Source: Octopus bimaculoides (Eukaryota). From it: a stretch of DNA of 47,729 nt. The notes below the pieces were generated by a model. It was not told the DNA's origin. It saw nothing but the letters and a program-made list of their open reading frames with translations, and did not search any database. Location of the stretch: contig NC_068985.1 in the NCBI RefSeq assembly GCF_001194135.2, positions 38,710,108 to 38,757,836 on the forward strand. Reading direction: 5' to 3'. The translations under genes and the position numbers were made by a program. Numbering within the stretch: the first letter of the stretch is position 1; each line of letters starts with the position of its first letter. Shown here in pieces: positions 34,477 through 46,287 of this stretch.

Positions 34477-35305
34477 TACTCATATCTACAAGCCTATATA
34501 AATGCACATACAGAGACACAAAGTGAATGACGCCACTATGTAAAACATTGTGTTTATTCACATGATAACAGGGATCTAATTAGGTATTGTGTAACAGAGT
34601 CGATAGATGAGCATCTTGAAGCAGTCAATTAGAGACTTGTAGATATTTATAGCTATTTATAAGTAGTGGCGGCTCGTGTATTAGTACTACGGAACTGCAG
34701 CACCCGCATTTCCATTCGATATTATGGATAACATTCAATATAATGAGTCCTTTTTTTCTTTATTTTTTGTCTTTATACTTGTGCATTACAAAATGCTTAA
34801 GTTTAATGCCAGTAGGCATCCCTCAGTTTATGAAAAAAGAAAAAAATAAATAAATAAAAATCGATACAAAGAACTGTGCGCTTCACAGTTCCAGCGACGC
34901 GGGTTTTGGCTGTGGTACGCATGCTCACATGTCCGCGATAGGAAGTCCTACGCTAGGGAAAGAAAGTACTGTGGTTCACGCAGTGCTGGTAAAAGGTAGT
35001 GTTTCTTTTTGACTTAACACGTCTTTATACACTTGAATGTGATACAGTGTAGCATCAGATTATTATTAATATGGATAAAGTGGAAGCCCTAACAACTGAT
35101 ATTGGATTTGAAGGAGAGAATGGTGGAAAACTATATGGAGCTTTTGAAGCTAATAAAAACCCGATTTTTCCGATCTGGCGACAGACGATGAAATGTCTCA
35201 GTACCCTCATTATCATAATCGAATTCCCTGTCATAGGAATGGCCTCACAATTCCTCTCCAAAGACTAAGAAGTTCAAGAGTCTCGATACTTTGGGGGATG
35301 ATAAG

Positions 35306-35658
35306 ACATCTGCCTTAGCGAAGGCGGAGGTATTGTTTTCAGTCGGGTTTGTTTGTCTGTCTCAGGACAAGATAACTCAAGAACCGCTGGATGGATTCAG
35401 ATGAAACTTTCAGGGATGTTTCGCCTCGTAACCGGCACGAACTGATTAAAGTTATGGATCGATCCGCTACCAGACAAGGATTCTGATTTATTTTTCCTGT
35501 TTTTTACTTAAATTTTGAGAGCGGTCGCGTTGATTTTTAGTATTCTCGTTTGCGAGATCAGTCGAGTTTATTTCAGATATTCTCATTTAAAAAATCATCT
35601 CTGACTAATCGTTGAATGTTACCTTGGCGGAGGTTTGCACTCTGTGAGTGCTCTTGTT
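35306..35658 (+). mobile_element. Helentron-associated non-autonomous element (HINE/DINE-1-like)
   Basis: 5' inverted pair acatctgcctt-agcg-aaggcggaggt, short gtttgtctgtct repeat, 3' subterminal ccttggcggaggt 35622-35634, 3' hairpin gcactc-tgt-gagtgc 35637-35651, then a T-rich end. Confidence 0.75.
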
Positions 35659-36306
35659 TATTTTGAAGTAGCTGTTCATTGAACAGGATCGCTACAATAT
35701 TATACTCAAAACGCTTAGGGTTCCACATTCAACCCGAAAATGCGTGACCCCACATATCTTTGGTAACAAATCAGGCAATCAGCAAACTGAATAGTAGAGC
35801 TAGTCAGTGATTTACACAACCACCATAAATCCTAGTTTTCGCTATGATATGGATTGAAGACCTCTGACCTTCCTACAAATTATTTTGCCTCCATCAAAAC
35901 AAAACTTTTTAAGTACTAATAGTTCTTTACTAAAAATTTTAAAGAGCTAGTCTCAAGCGAAACTTTAAGAAGTATAAAGTGTAAAAACTTTAAGAAGTGT
36001 AAAAGTGAGAAATTTGTTAAATATATAAAGTGATGTCAATAAATAAAGAAAAGACAAAATATTGTATTTCCTTATATAGGTTGTTTAACACTTCTATTAT
36101 ATTTCGAGTAAACGTCAATTTATCAAATATAAATTAGAAAATAAACCGAGTGTTCGGAAAAGTCATTTGCCTGTAATAAGCCGTTTGTTAGAAATTATAT
36201 TGGATTAATCTTACCATATATTTAATGAAAGGGTGTTTTCCTGAAATATAATAAAGAATTAAGCAATTTATGTAGGGAAATTAAATATCGTGTCTTTACA
36301 CTCGCG

Positions 36307-36314
<8 letters not shown>

Positions 36315-36382
<68 letters not shown>
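36315..36382. repeat. (CA)n microsatellite
   Basis: Direct reading. Confidence 0.95.
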
Positions 36383-36383
<1 letters not shown>

Positions 36384-38675
36384 CTAATATTAGAGCGCTC
36401 TTTTCAAATTACTTTCCGCTAAAAAATATTCAACTCTTTTATATGTATTAATTCCCTTATACATGTTTTATATAGTTTAACTATATTTACATGTTAAAAA
36501 CTTTTATATTGTTGTACTTACATATCTATATGTGTGTGTGTGAGAGAGAGAGAGAGTGTGTATGTGTGCGTGTGTGTATCATTACATATGTACAAGTATA
36601 TATGTGTACGCGTGAGTATGTGTGTGTTTGCATGTGTGTCTGTGTTTTGGTATGATTGTATCTATATGTATGGAGATAGAAAGATAGAAAGATAAAAAAG
36701 GTAGGGAAAGAAAAACACAAACAGACAGATAGTCAGACAATGGTACATACATACGTTCATACATTCCTATATACATAACTACTGTGTGCAATAAGTGGAA
36801 TTCTTGACAAACGTTGCTTAAATAAACATCCTCAAGAAGCAATCACATATTTTTCATTTCCTCTTTGACAAAACACTCCTTCGTCTGTAAATGTGTACGT
36901 GTATGTCAGTGTGTGTGTATATATATATGTGTGTATGTATGTACGTATATATGTATATATATATATATACATAAACATTCATACATAAATACATACTTAC
37001 ATGTATGCAGACACACATAGACGAGTTATTTCTCCTCACCTATACTTTCAGTCAAAACAATTGTTTGGGAATGAAGCAAGCTATGTAATAAGCGAGATTA
37101 GATCTAAGAACATATCTAAAACGCTAAATGTTAAGTTCAAAGCAAGAACGGTAGTTTATCGTCACGGATAGAAAGTTGTGGGTTTTAAATTTCAATGCTA
37201 TCATAGTTATTATTTATTATTTACTCTGGTTATTTTTGGGTTTTGTTTTACGCGATATTATTATTAGTTATATTGCCTGAAAGTGTAAAATGATTTATGT
37301 TAATTTGAATATTGTTAATTAACAAGCAGAGCTTCCTATTACTTTCGGCATTCTTTTCGTGCATAACTCTGGAGGCGAACAATTAGCAAAGTTAAAAGAT
37401 CATACGAACTACTGTAAAGATATGGTTGAAAAAAATCCTGGAAATAATTATCAGTGCACCCGGCTAAGGAGGATATCTATTTTCTTTTGGGTGAATGGGT
37501 CGATAGTGTTCTAGAAAAAACAAACATACATGCACAAGCCCTTCACACTCACTCACAAACACACACAAACACACCTATATACACACACTACACACTCACA
37601 AACACACATTATATATATATATAGTGACACAAGGAAATGCAATTATTTTCTAGTAATCTTAATACTTAATGAAAAAATACATACACACGGCTCAAGCGTT
37701 TTGTACATTCTCCTTCATTAAATATTCAGGAGAATTAATATATTTTTAAATGGAGAACTGTTGTATTTTCAATGCCTCTGATACTTGAAATAATTATGCA
37801 TTAAAATATTGGAATTACACTATTTTGTGCTCAAAATTCATCTATATCTTCTTCCTGTGCATTTTATATCAAGAAAATTGAGAACGAGCGATAGGGTTTG
37901 AATACGAGGGAACCATTTGAAAGACACCCAGTTCGTATACCGTAACTGGCAATGTGGAGTTGTCTTGCTTAAGTTACTTAGCTCTTAATGAGAGAATACA
38001 TGTTTCCCTAAATAGGTACCGTCAATAGCTGTTGTTGCTGTTTTGTAACCTAGATCTACTTCCAGCAGATATACAACCAAAGGCATTGCAGCTGTGACCA
38101 ACTTGTCTTCCAGTTTTTGTATGTGATAATGCGTGTTTTTTTAAGTATGTAGAGTGTGGTTTGAAAGTAGATCCTAGGTATTCAAGTAGCTTTCGGATAC
38201 CTAGCAACAAAGCTGCGACAACGTTGAAGGTGATACTTTGAAAAGGAAGTGAACGTTCATTTATTCGGAATTGCAATCTTTCAGTGCTTTTGTGTGTGTA
38301 TGTGCGTGATGGCGTGTGTCTGTGTATGTGTGAGTGTTTGTTTTTAAGTGTGTATGTGTGTGTGTGTGTGTATCTGTGTGCGTGATGCTTGAATGCATAT
38401 ATCATCTTTATAAGATTATTGAATACAAAGCATCACTCACAATAGTGTTTATATTAGTAATCTTAGCTTTAAATTTATAATCATTCTCTCAATGTATATT
38501 ACGTAGACATGGTTATATCAATCATAATTATAATTTAAAATTATTTCCAGTTTTGGTTTGAAATCGTTCGTAACGCTGGAGCATTTTAGCGGAAGACAAA
38601 CGGATGGAGAAGGAAACAGATAGCGGCTGCAAAATATTGAACCTTCTAATTGTTGATGTGTACTTCTGTATGTGT

Positions 38676-38732
<57 letters not shown>

Positions 38733-38750
38733 TGTGAGAGAGAGAGAGAG
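38676..38750. repeat. (GA)n microsatellite
   Basis: Direct reading. Confidence 0.95.
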
Positions 38751-38809
38751 AATCTGTGTGTGTGCACGGTAGTGTGTATGTGTTTGGGCATGTATGTATA
38801 TGTCATATA

Positions 38810-38844
<35 letters not shown>

Positions 38845-38858
38845 CAAACATTCATTAT

Positions 38859-39255
38859 AGGTGCAGGGGTGGCTGTGTGGTAAGTAGCTTGCTTACCAAC
38901 CACCCGGGTTCAGTCCCACTGCGTGGCACCTTGGGCATGTGTCTGCTACGGTAGCCTCGGGCCGACCAAAGCCTTGTGTTTGGATTTAGTAGACGGAAAC
39001 TGAAAGACCGTCGTTTATATGTATATATGTGTGCATGTGTCTGTATATGTTTGTGTGTCTGTGTTTGTTTCTCCAACATCACTTGACAACCAATTCTGGT
39101 GTGTTTACGTCCCCGTAACTTGGCGTCTCGGTAAGAGACCGATAGAATAAGTAATAGGCTTACAAAGAATAAGTTCGGGGGTCGATTTGCCCGACTAAAG
39201 ATAGTACCCCAACGTGGCCGCAGTCAAATGACTGAAATAGAAAGAGAGAAAGAGA
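38859..39255 (+). mobile_element. tRNA-derived SINE group B, near full length
   Basis: Head ggtgcaggggtggctgtgtggtaagtagcttgcttaccaacc, B box ggttcagtccc, tail ggccgcagtcaaatgactgaaatagaaaga. Confidence 0.9.
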
Positions 39256-40391
39256 TGTATATATATATANNNNNNNNNNNNNNNNNNNNNNNNNNNNNNN
39301 NNNNNNNNNNNNNNNNNNNNNNNNNNNNNNNNNNNNNNNNNNNNNNNNNNNNNNNNNNNNNNNNNNNNNNNNNNNNNNNTATATAAATATATATATTTAA
39401 CTTCATGGGAATTAAAACTTTCGAGCAAACATGGAATAATTCTTGTTGCCAAATTGGCTTCTGATCCTTAGTCTACAAACGTAAAAAGTGCAAAGTTTCA
39501 TTTAATAATGGGCATCTACTTGTCACATACAAAGTCATGGAGTCAATATGGTTACGGAGGTAATACTTTTGGTCATACAACTCCTTGATCAAGCTTGACT
39601 TCGAGTAGAAAGCAACAAGAATAGCAGATATTACGTATTTAGAACAGAGTGCAATCTGTCTTAATGAAACTTACGTAACTCGGTTCTTTATAATGCTCAG
39701 TGTAAGCAATAATATGCCAAACGAGTACATATCTGCCATTTATCAACGTGAATGTATTAGAGACATTTTTACCGACCCGCTGACATCTGTGGTAGCTTAC
39801 TTTGGAATAATGATTAGCTTATATCAGCATGTATTTGATATTTTGATTATAGTTTGCGATTACATATAATCTTGTATAACTATTTTTCAAAACAAAGCCG
39901 TTTATTGGATTGGTTTTAGTGTTTGAATAATATAATCTATTCGTTCAACAGACGTATATACACATGTTTATTTTAGATAATGCTATATTTGTGTAGTTTC
40001 TCAGCCGCAGTAAGAAGCTTTGAGACATTTGGTAGGAATTGAGAAACAGACATTATCTAATCCAGTAAATATTCATGTTACCGTTATCAATAAATAAGCT
40101 TTCATGTTATCCTTTCCATAGTATTTTGAAATAAAGCACATTATCGGAAGTAAGTTACATGAAGAGTCTAGAGGGCAGTAGTTCGTTTATATATCATGCT
40201 GGACGTATCCAATAAAAAACAAAATAACTAAGTTGTTAGTTATGTAATATAAGTTATTGCTTACAGCAGTTACTTATGTATAAGTTTGAATTGAAATAAA
40301 AATCAAATTTAAACTGTGACCATTCATAAAAATATCCTAAATTAGAATATGCAAGATATATGAGTATTCCTACACTAACTTGCATCACAAC

Positions 40392-40590
40392 AGTCAGCCA
40401 TAGTCAGCCATCATATTAGTGTTCCACCTACCTTGATACCTAGTCTTCATGGTCTCGATATCTTAGTGGAATCTTTCTCCTTGATCATCACTTATTGCAT
40501 TATGTTTTTCAAGAAAGTACTCCAGATGATTGAGCAGGAAATGTACTTATTCATGATGCAGTCCAGTACTCGAAAAGCGGTTAACAAAAC
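40392..40590 (-). pseudogene. DNA transposase C-terminal remnant, Chapaev3 (CMC)-like
   Basis: The minus strand reads LLTAFRVLDCIMN, shift, HFLLNHLEYFLEKHNAISDDQGERFH*DIETMKTRYQGRWNTNMMADY. This matches the HSHLD-F-...-SDE(Q/H)GERFHQDI-..-RYQG-W-...-MADYCW motif. The superfamily name is from recollection. Confidence 0.8.
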
Positions 40591-41886
40591 AGCAGAAAGA
40601 AAGTTTGCTTCTTGACTAGATGCAACTCCAGTTTGACAGGAATGTCTATCCTAGATGTGTTAAACAAAAACAAGGACTTTTCTGTGACCTTTTTGCACCC
40701 AACACAATAAAATTAGGTAGGACTAATTGTCAAACGCACGACAATTAATAGTTTCGGAAATGTTTCACAGTGTTCTCAATAAAACAATAAAAGCAGCTAT
40801 CTCAATTACTTACTGACAAACAATACAAATGCGCTTAAACAGAGAGCAAGTTGTAGAAACAAAACTTGTCTGATTGTAGTTTTTAAATTAGCATGGCAAT
40901 TTTAGTCTAAATCAAGTGAAAAAACAAACTGAACAGATACTGTGTTCCAAATTGTTCTTCTGTATAATCATTTCGTCTTTTATAGTTGAAATCACGTACT
41001 TTGCTTGCGCTGCTTTTAATGCTTGGATGAAGAGGCAGAGTAAAACTGTCTCACACTGCGTGAAAGAAACCTCCGTTTTAAATATGAAAGCGTGAATGAA
41101 TATTCGAAGTCAATAATGGTGAACGTTTAATTGTTGAACATATGCTATTCATTTCTCTTTTAACACCAAATTTTCTACACACCGAAAACTGTCTACATAT
41201 AATAATTTCAGATATTAATTTCACTATGACCTTTTCCTGATGGATGACCATTATTGGATTTACGTACGAATTATCTCCGACGCAAACTTTTCACTCTTTA
41301 TTATTTCTTAATCTTTCTGTGTCTTATTTGGAGATTTTTCTGAAGAAATGAAAGAATACAAGTCTTAACGGAAAATACATAAAGACGGTTTCATGTTCTC
41401 TTTTAAGAGAACATGAAATCAGTAATTTTGGTTAGCGAGAAGTTTTAATTATATGCTATCACTGCTTCTAGTTAAAGTATCAATTTACAACTGGTAGGGA
41501 AGTGTATGAAACAAGTGTTATACACTAAGGGGAAGATACCATATAAAACAAAAACAAAAACGTCTGAATTTAGAGAGAATCGAAATTAAATAGTCCTAAA
41601 ATACTTATATTCCTATGTGTGCATTTATTGGCAAATATAATTTCGGGTTTCCCGATTGATATTTCGAGTGAATTAATCTTTTCTTATTTAACGAAAGACG
41701 CTCATGCAGTTCTTAATACAAAAGGGTTAGTTCCGAAACGTTCAATTCCTTTTCGACTCTGGCTTGCAAATTTACAGAACCTCAGAAACTGCATTTTATG
41801 TTTCTGTTACGAAGTCGGACCATCACAGGATAATTCTGGCTGTTTTCTGCTGACAAATGTACTATTACTAACAATCCATCATATAG

Positions 41887-41887
41887 C

Positions 41888-41956
<69 letters not shown>
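41887..41956. repeat. (TAG)n microsatellite
   Basis: Direct reading. Confidence 0.95.
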
Positions 41957-42234
41957 CAGGAAACTTGAACAATTAAAGAAGAAGAAATGAAAAAGAAGTT
42001 GACAGTAATAACAATTTTAATTCAATTCCTGTATTAAACTATTGTATATCTAAACAACTTAGGCAATATACATTTTACATACATACATATATATANNNNN
42101 NNNNNNNNNNNNNNNNNNNNNNNNNNNNNNTATATATATATATATATATATATGTGAGTGTGTGTGTGTGTGTGTGTATACACGCTTATAAATATGCATG
42201 TATATGTGTATGTACGTATGTACGTATGTATTAT

Positions 42235-42266
<32 letters not shown>

Positions 42267-42847
42267 GCGTGCATGTATGAATGGACGTAAATTTAAACGC
42301 AAAACGTTAGAGTTGTTTTATTTATTTTTGATATCATTTGCATATATTTGAATATGAATATTTTACTTTTGTACAAATATACATGTACAAATATTTGACC
42401 ATCCATATATCTTATTCTCCTATTCGAAATTCACGTTGTTTACATTTTCATATTTTTTTTCTCTTACATATCTCATTCTTCTCGCCAACTGTTTGTTCTT
42501 TACCATTCTCCCCATACGTTCTAAAAATATTTTGAAATTTTTCTATTTTGTCCATTTTCTTTTTACCTCTTAAAGAAATTTTTATATCGTTTTTCTGTCA
42601 TTATTTAAAACTTACCGGTTCTTTTTTAGTCTTTTCCATTCTCCCCCATTTTTCAAAATAATATGCCTGTGTTGTGTGTTTGCCTGCGTGTTTGCTTGTC
42701 TGTGTGTGTGCTTGTCTGTGTGTGTGCGTGTGTATGTGTGTTCTTATTACATCAGGCTTACACACATGTTTAAACCCATTTACATGCTTAAACAGATATA
42801 TCAAGAGGCACAGACAAATCTGTATATAGATATACATATATATATAC

Positions 42848-43274
42848 TCCTTTACTTCTTTCATGTGACTGCGGCGAAGCTGGAGCACCTCCTTTAGTCG
42901 AGCAAATCGACTCCAGGACTTATTCTTTGTAAGACTAGTACTTATTCTATCGGCCTCTTTTGCCGAACCGCTAAGTTACGGGACGTAAACACACCAGCAT
43001 CGGTTGTCAAGCGATGTCGGGGGGACAAACACAGACACACACACACATACATATAAATATACAAATATGCAACGGACCTCTTTCAGTTTCCGTCTACCAA
43101 ATCCACTCACAAGGCTTTGGTCGGCCCGAGGCTACAGTAGTAGACACTTACCGAAGGTGCCACGCAGTGGCACCTTGGGCAAGTGACTGAACCCAGAATC
43201 ATGTGGTTGGTAAGCAAGTGACTGAGCCCAGAACCATGTGGCTGGTAAGCAAGCTACTTACCACATAGCTACCT
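42848..43274 (-). mobile_element. tRNA-derived SINE group B, full length with rearranged head
   Basis: Homologous to 38859-39255 along its length. It carries an inverted insertion and a 35-bp tandem duplication at 43145-43250. Confidence 0.9.
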
Positions 43275-43856
43275 AAATAATTTTGTAACTTTTACTTAAA
43301 ATCTCTTTCCTATTTTGTTTACCTTACAACATTCGCCTATAATTTTACTGATTTAGTTATTTATTTATTTATTTAGTATCGCATATTGTCTAAATTTGAC
43401 TATTTTATTTTTCTATTGTTTAACTTATATCAACATCCTATTTCTTTCTCTCTTTCTTTCTCTCGCTCTCTTCCTCATTAACGTTTACTTAGCTCATCCA
43501 ACAGCAAAATATTCTCTGTATTTAATTAACTCAACTAAATCATGAATTGCTCGTTCTGCCAATGTTTTTATGTGTCCGACCAGTGATTTATGAGAATAAA
43601 ATTAATTCCACGTATTGTATTTATTTCTATTTTGTATGTCTTCTTTGTTTAAATAAATAAATATTTGACGAAAGAAATATGGTACCAACTTGATTAGTCA
43701 TGTTACACAATCACATTGACTGCTGCAATGAAATATAACTAATACTAATCAGGATTGCCGATGGAAAGTATTGCTACAGAGGACATCTGTGGAGAATTTT
43801 GATACGTCGTTTTACGTTGTGATTTCAAATCTTGATCCTCTTAAAACTTTAACACT

Positions 43857-43945
43857 TGCTGGGTCGATAAAATAAATACCGGTTCAATGATGGTTCGATC
43901 TGTATTTTCCTGTCTCAAAATGCGTGGTTTTGCAGCTATATTAGA
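43857..43945 (+). mobile_element. Highly degraded SINE group A fragment
   Basis: gggtcgataaaataaataccggtt resembles gtcgataaattaagtaccagtt of A copies. Confidence 0.4.
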
Positions 43946-44038
43946 AAATCTTCTTTAAATCTTGTGATTTAATAGGGTGTGGGCATCGCACCAGTATTAG
44001 AAATTGATGGTAAACCATATCAATGTATTTGGATATTG

Positions 44039-44250
44039 AAAGGCGGTGAGCTAGTATAATCGATAGCACGCCGGACAAAATACCTTGTGGTATTTCATCC
44101 GTCATTACATTCTGAGTTCAAATTCGACTTCGTCTTTCTTCATTTCTGTGTCGATAAAATAAATACTTGATGAGCACTGGGGTTCATATAATCGACTTAT
44201 TCATTCCTCCCACCAAATTGCTGGCCTTGTGTCAAAATCTGAAGCTAGTA
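44039..44250 (+). mobile_element. SINE group A
   Basis: aaggcggtgagctagtataatcgatagcacgccggacaaaa...ctgagttcaaattc...aaattgctggccttgtgtcaaaatctgaa. Confidence 0.85.
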
Positions 44251-46181
44251 TGTTTTGATATTGATATTCACAAGACTTCAAATAAACGGTAAAGGACAGC
44301 AGTGATTAAAATAAACTCAAGTACAACTGGGAGCACTGTATTTTTTCAGTCCGAAAAGATTAAATGCAAAACAAATTATTTCATCTACCGGAGAACATTA
44401 CATTATGTAATACTAACATGCTTATAGTGACTATAATTTTCGTACCTGATCGCATCCTAACCAATCGATTTCAGACTGCTATGATATCCCGCAGTCATTC
44501 CCAACATTTGAATGAGAAAATAACCAATAATATTCTGGAAAGTAAATCGATCAACGAAGCCCTCCCCTTTAAGTCAGTGGCTTTACGAGTCAACGTATAA
44601 AATTCTACGCGATCGAATATATCATCCGAATATAGCTCAGTCTAAAACTTATCCACCTTAAATAAGAATGGATATATTCCACATTATAGTCCCTGATAAT
44701 GAACACGAATACATGGGAAAGAATGAAGCGTTTTTTTTTTATTATTATATGTCTCTTTGATTAGAGTCGATCTGGAGCTAAACAACACTAGCTACATTGT
44801 GACATCTAGTACATGATATACAATTCTATTAAAAGGTGTGTCTCTCAGCCATTCCTCTCTCTTGTGTGTTGTTTGTTGTTTCTCTATTCGTGTTAATCTC
44901 TATCAATCTCGTTGCTTGAACTAAAATGTTCCGTTGCTAAGTAGTAACGCTAAGAAGTCACCTGCTTTGCTTTGTATATATGTATATAGCACAAAATCGT
45001 TGTAATATGGAATATAATAGCGTGCTAAAATAATTACTTTCTACAATAGAAAGATACTAAATATCCACTCACAAGAACAACAAAATATAAAGAATCATAC
45101 TGTCTTCTTGATAACTAATATGCGTTTATGGCTTCCTGATAAGTCAGTCTTAAAATGAAAAGTTATGTAATGTAAACATTAAATGATAAAAGAAATTGTT
45201 TATGGTACATGTTTAATATATGTCATTAAATATCATACATGAAATATAATAAGCGTAATAGCTGATTTTATAGTTTATTTTTTTTTAACCAGTATCATTT
45301 AGTCCTGTACGTACGTTGATATATGTGACATTATTAATCATATATCTAATATAAGAGACAAATTTCGCTTGACTTGTGATATCCTATGTATCATATATCT
45401 TCTATTTATACTACCAAGTTGATTACTAATGCCATTTATCAGCCAATGGTAATTAGATAATTATAGAGATAAAAAACGAGATCCTGATAACTAACACCAT
45501 GCACTAAGGATTAAAGAGCATCTACATTATACTGTTAAACATATCACTTCTGTAACATTAAGAACCTAACAAGTTTTCAAGCCCTGAATACTGCTGAAAT
45601 AAAATATTCGGTTGATCTAAGAGATTATAAAACATTCGCTTTTTACATTTTTATCAGGTTGCATATCAATGGACGTCAAATATATTAAGGAACCGGGTGT
45701 AGTTGTTCACTCGTTATTATATTTTGTTATTTCATTATTAAAATTTATATTTGACAGCCAGTGAGACATCTGAATTCCCCTTGTAAGGGAGAGACATTTT
45801 CACTCACCAAGTTTTGTAATGTACTTGGTAATAATGTATGTTGCTTACTTACCACAATTTAACTGATACCACTTAACTGACAGGAGGTACATCTGAAATA
45901 TCAACAAGTCAGTTGTTGTTTCCATGGTTTAACTATATTATATATATGCCTTTCTTTGACACGGGTTGTTTTATTGTTTCTGTTAAATATTAACAAAAGA
46001 ATTCATTGATATTATGACCAATGTTTACACCAAATTCATCTTCCTTAACATGTCCCCTCGGCATTGTTGCACGCCGTTATATTTTATAAGACATAACCTT
46101 CTCGAGAATAGCCTCCCGTTATTACAACTATGATATATTATGCAATATAAAAGATATACAGAAAATGATGTCATTGTTTAC

Positions 46182-46287
46182 CCACATTAACAATGTCCCC
46201 GAGAGCGTGAAAACTCTTTATTTGTTCTAACAATATCAAGCTCATAGCCTGGACAAAGATGATCCAGTACCATGCAGTAACTCTCAT
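46182..46287 (-). CDS. Candidate first coding exon with signal-peptide-like N-terminus (unconfirmed)
   Basis: MRVTAWYWIIFVQAMSLILLEQIKSFHALGDIVNV followed by G|GTAAAC, with an upstream in-frame stop and a pyrimidine-rich AG near 46345. I recognise no homologue. Confidence 0.25.

Noticed and set aside
35960-36007. Short direct repeat aaactttaagaagt x2
   Set aside because: It is an ordinary local slippage duplication with no further structure.
37320-37515. Open frame ELPITFGILFVHNSGGEQLAKLKDHTNYCKDMVEKNPG
   Set aside because: There is no recognisable homology and the splice signals are weak.
37903-37937. tacgaggg...ccc...tcgta mini mariner-like ends
   Set aside because: It is only 35 bp with 5-bp end matches, which cannot be told from chance.
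41619-41990. 123-aa ORF
   Set aside because: It has a GTG start, a poly-Ser part from (TAG)n, and no recognisable domain or splice support.
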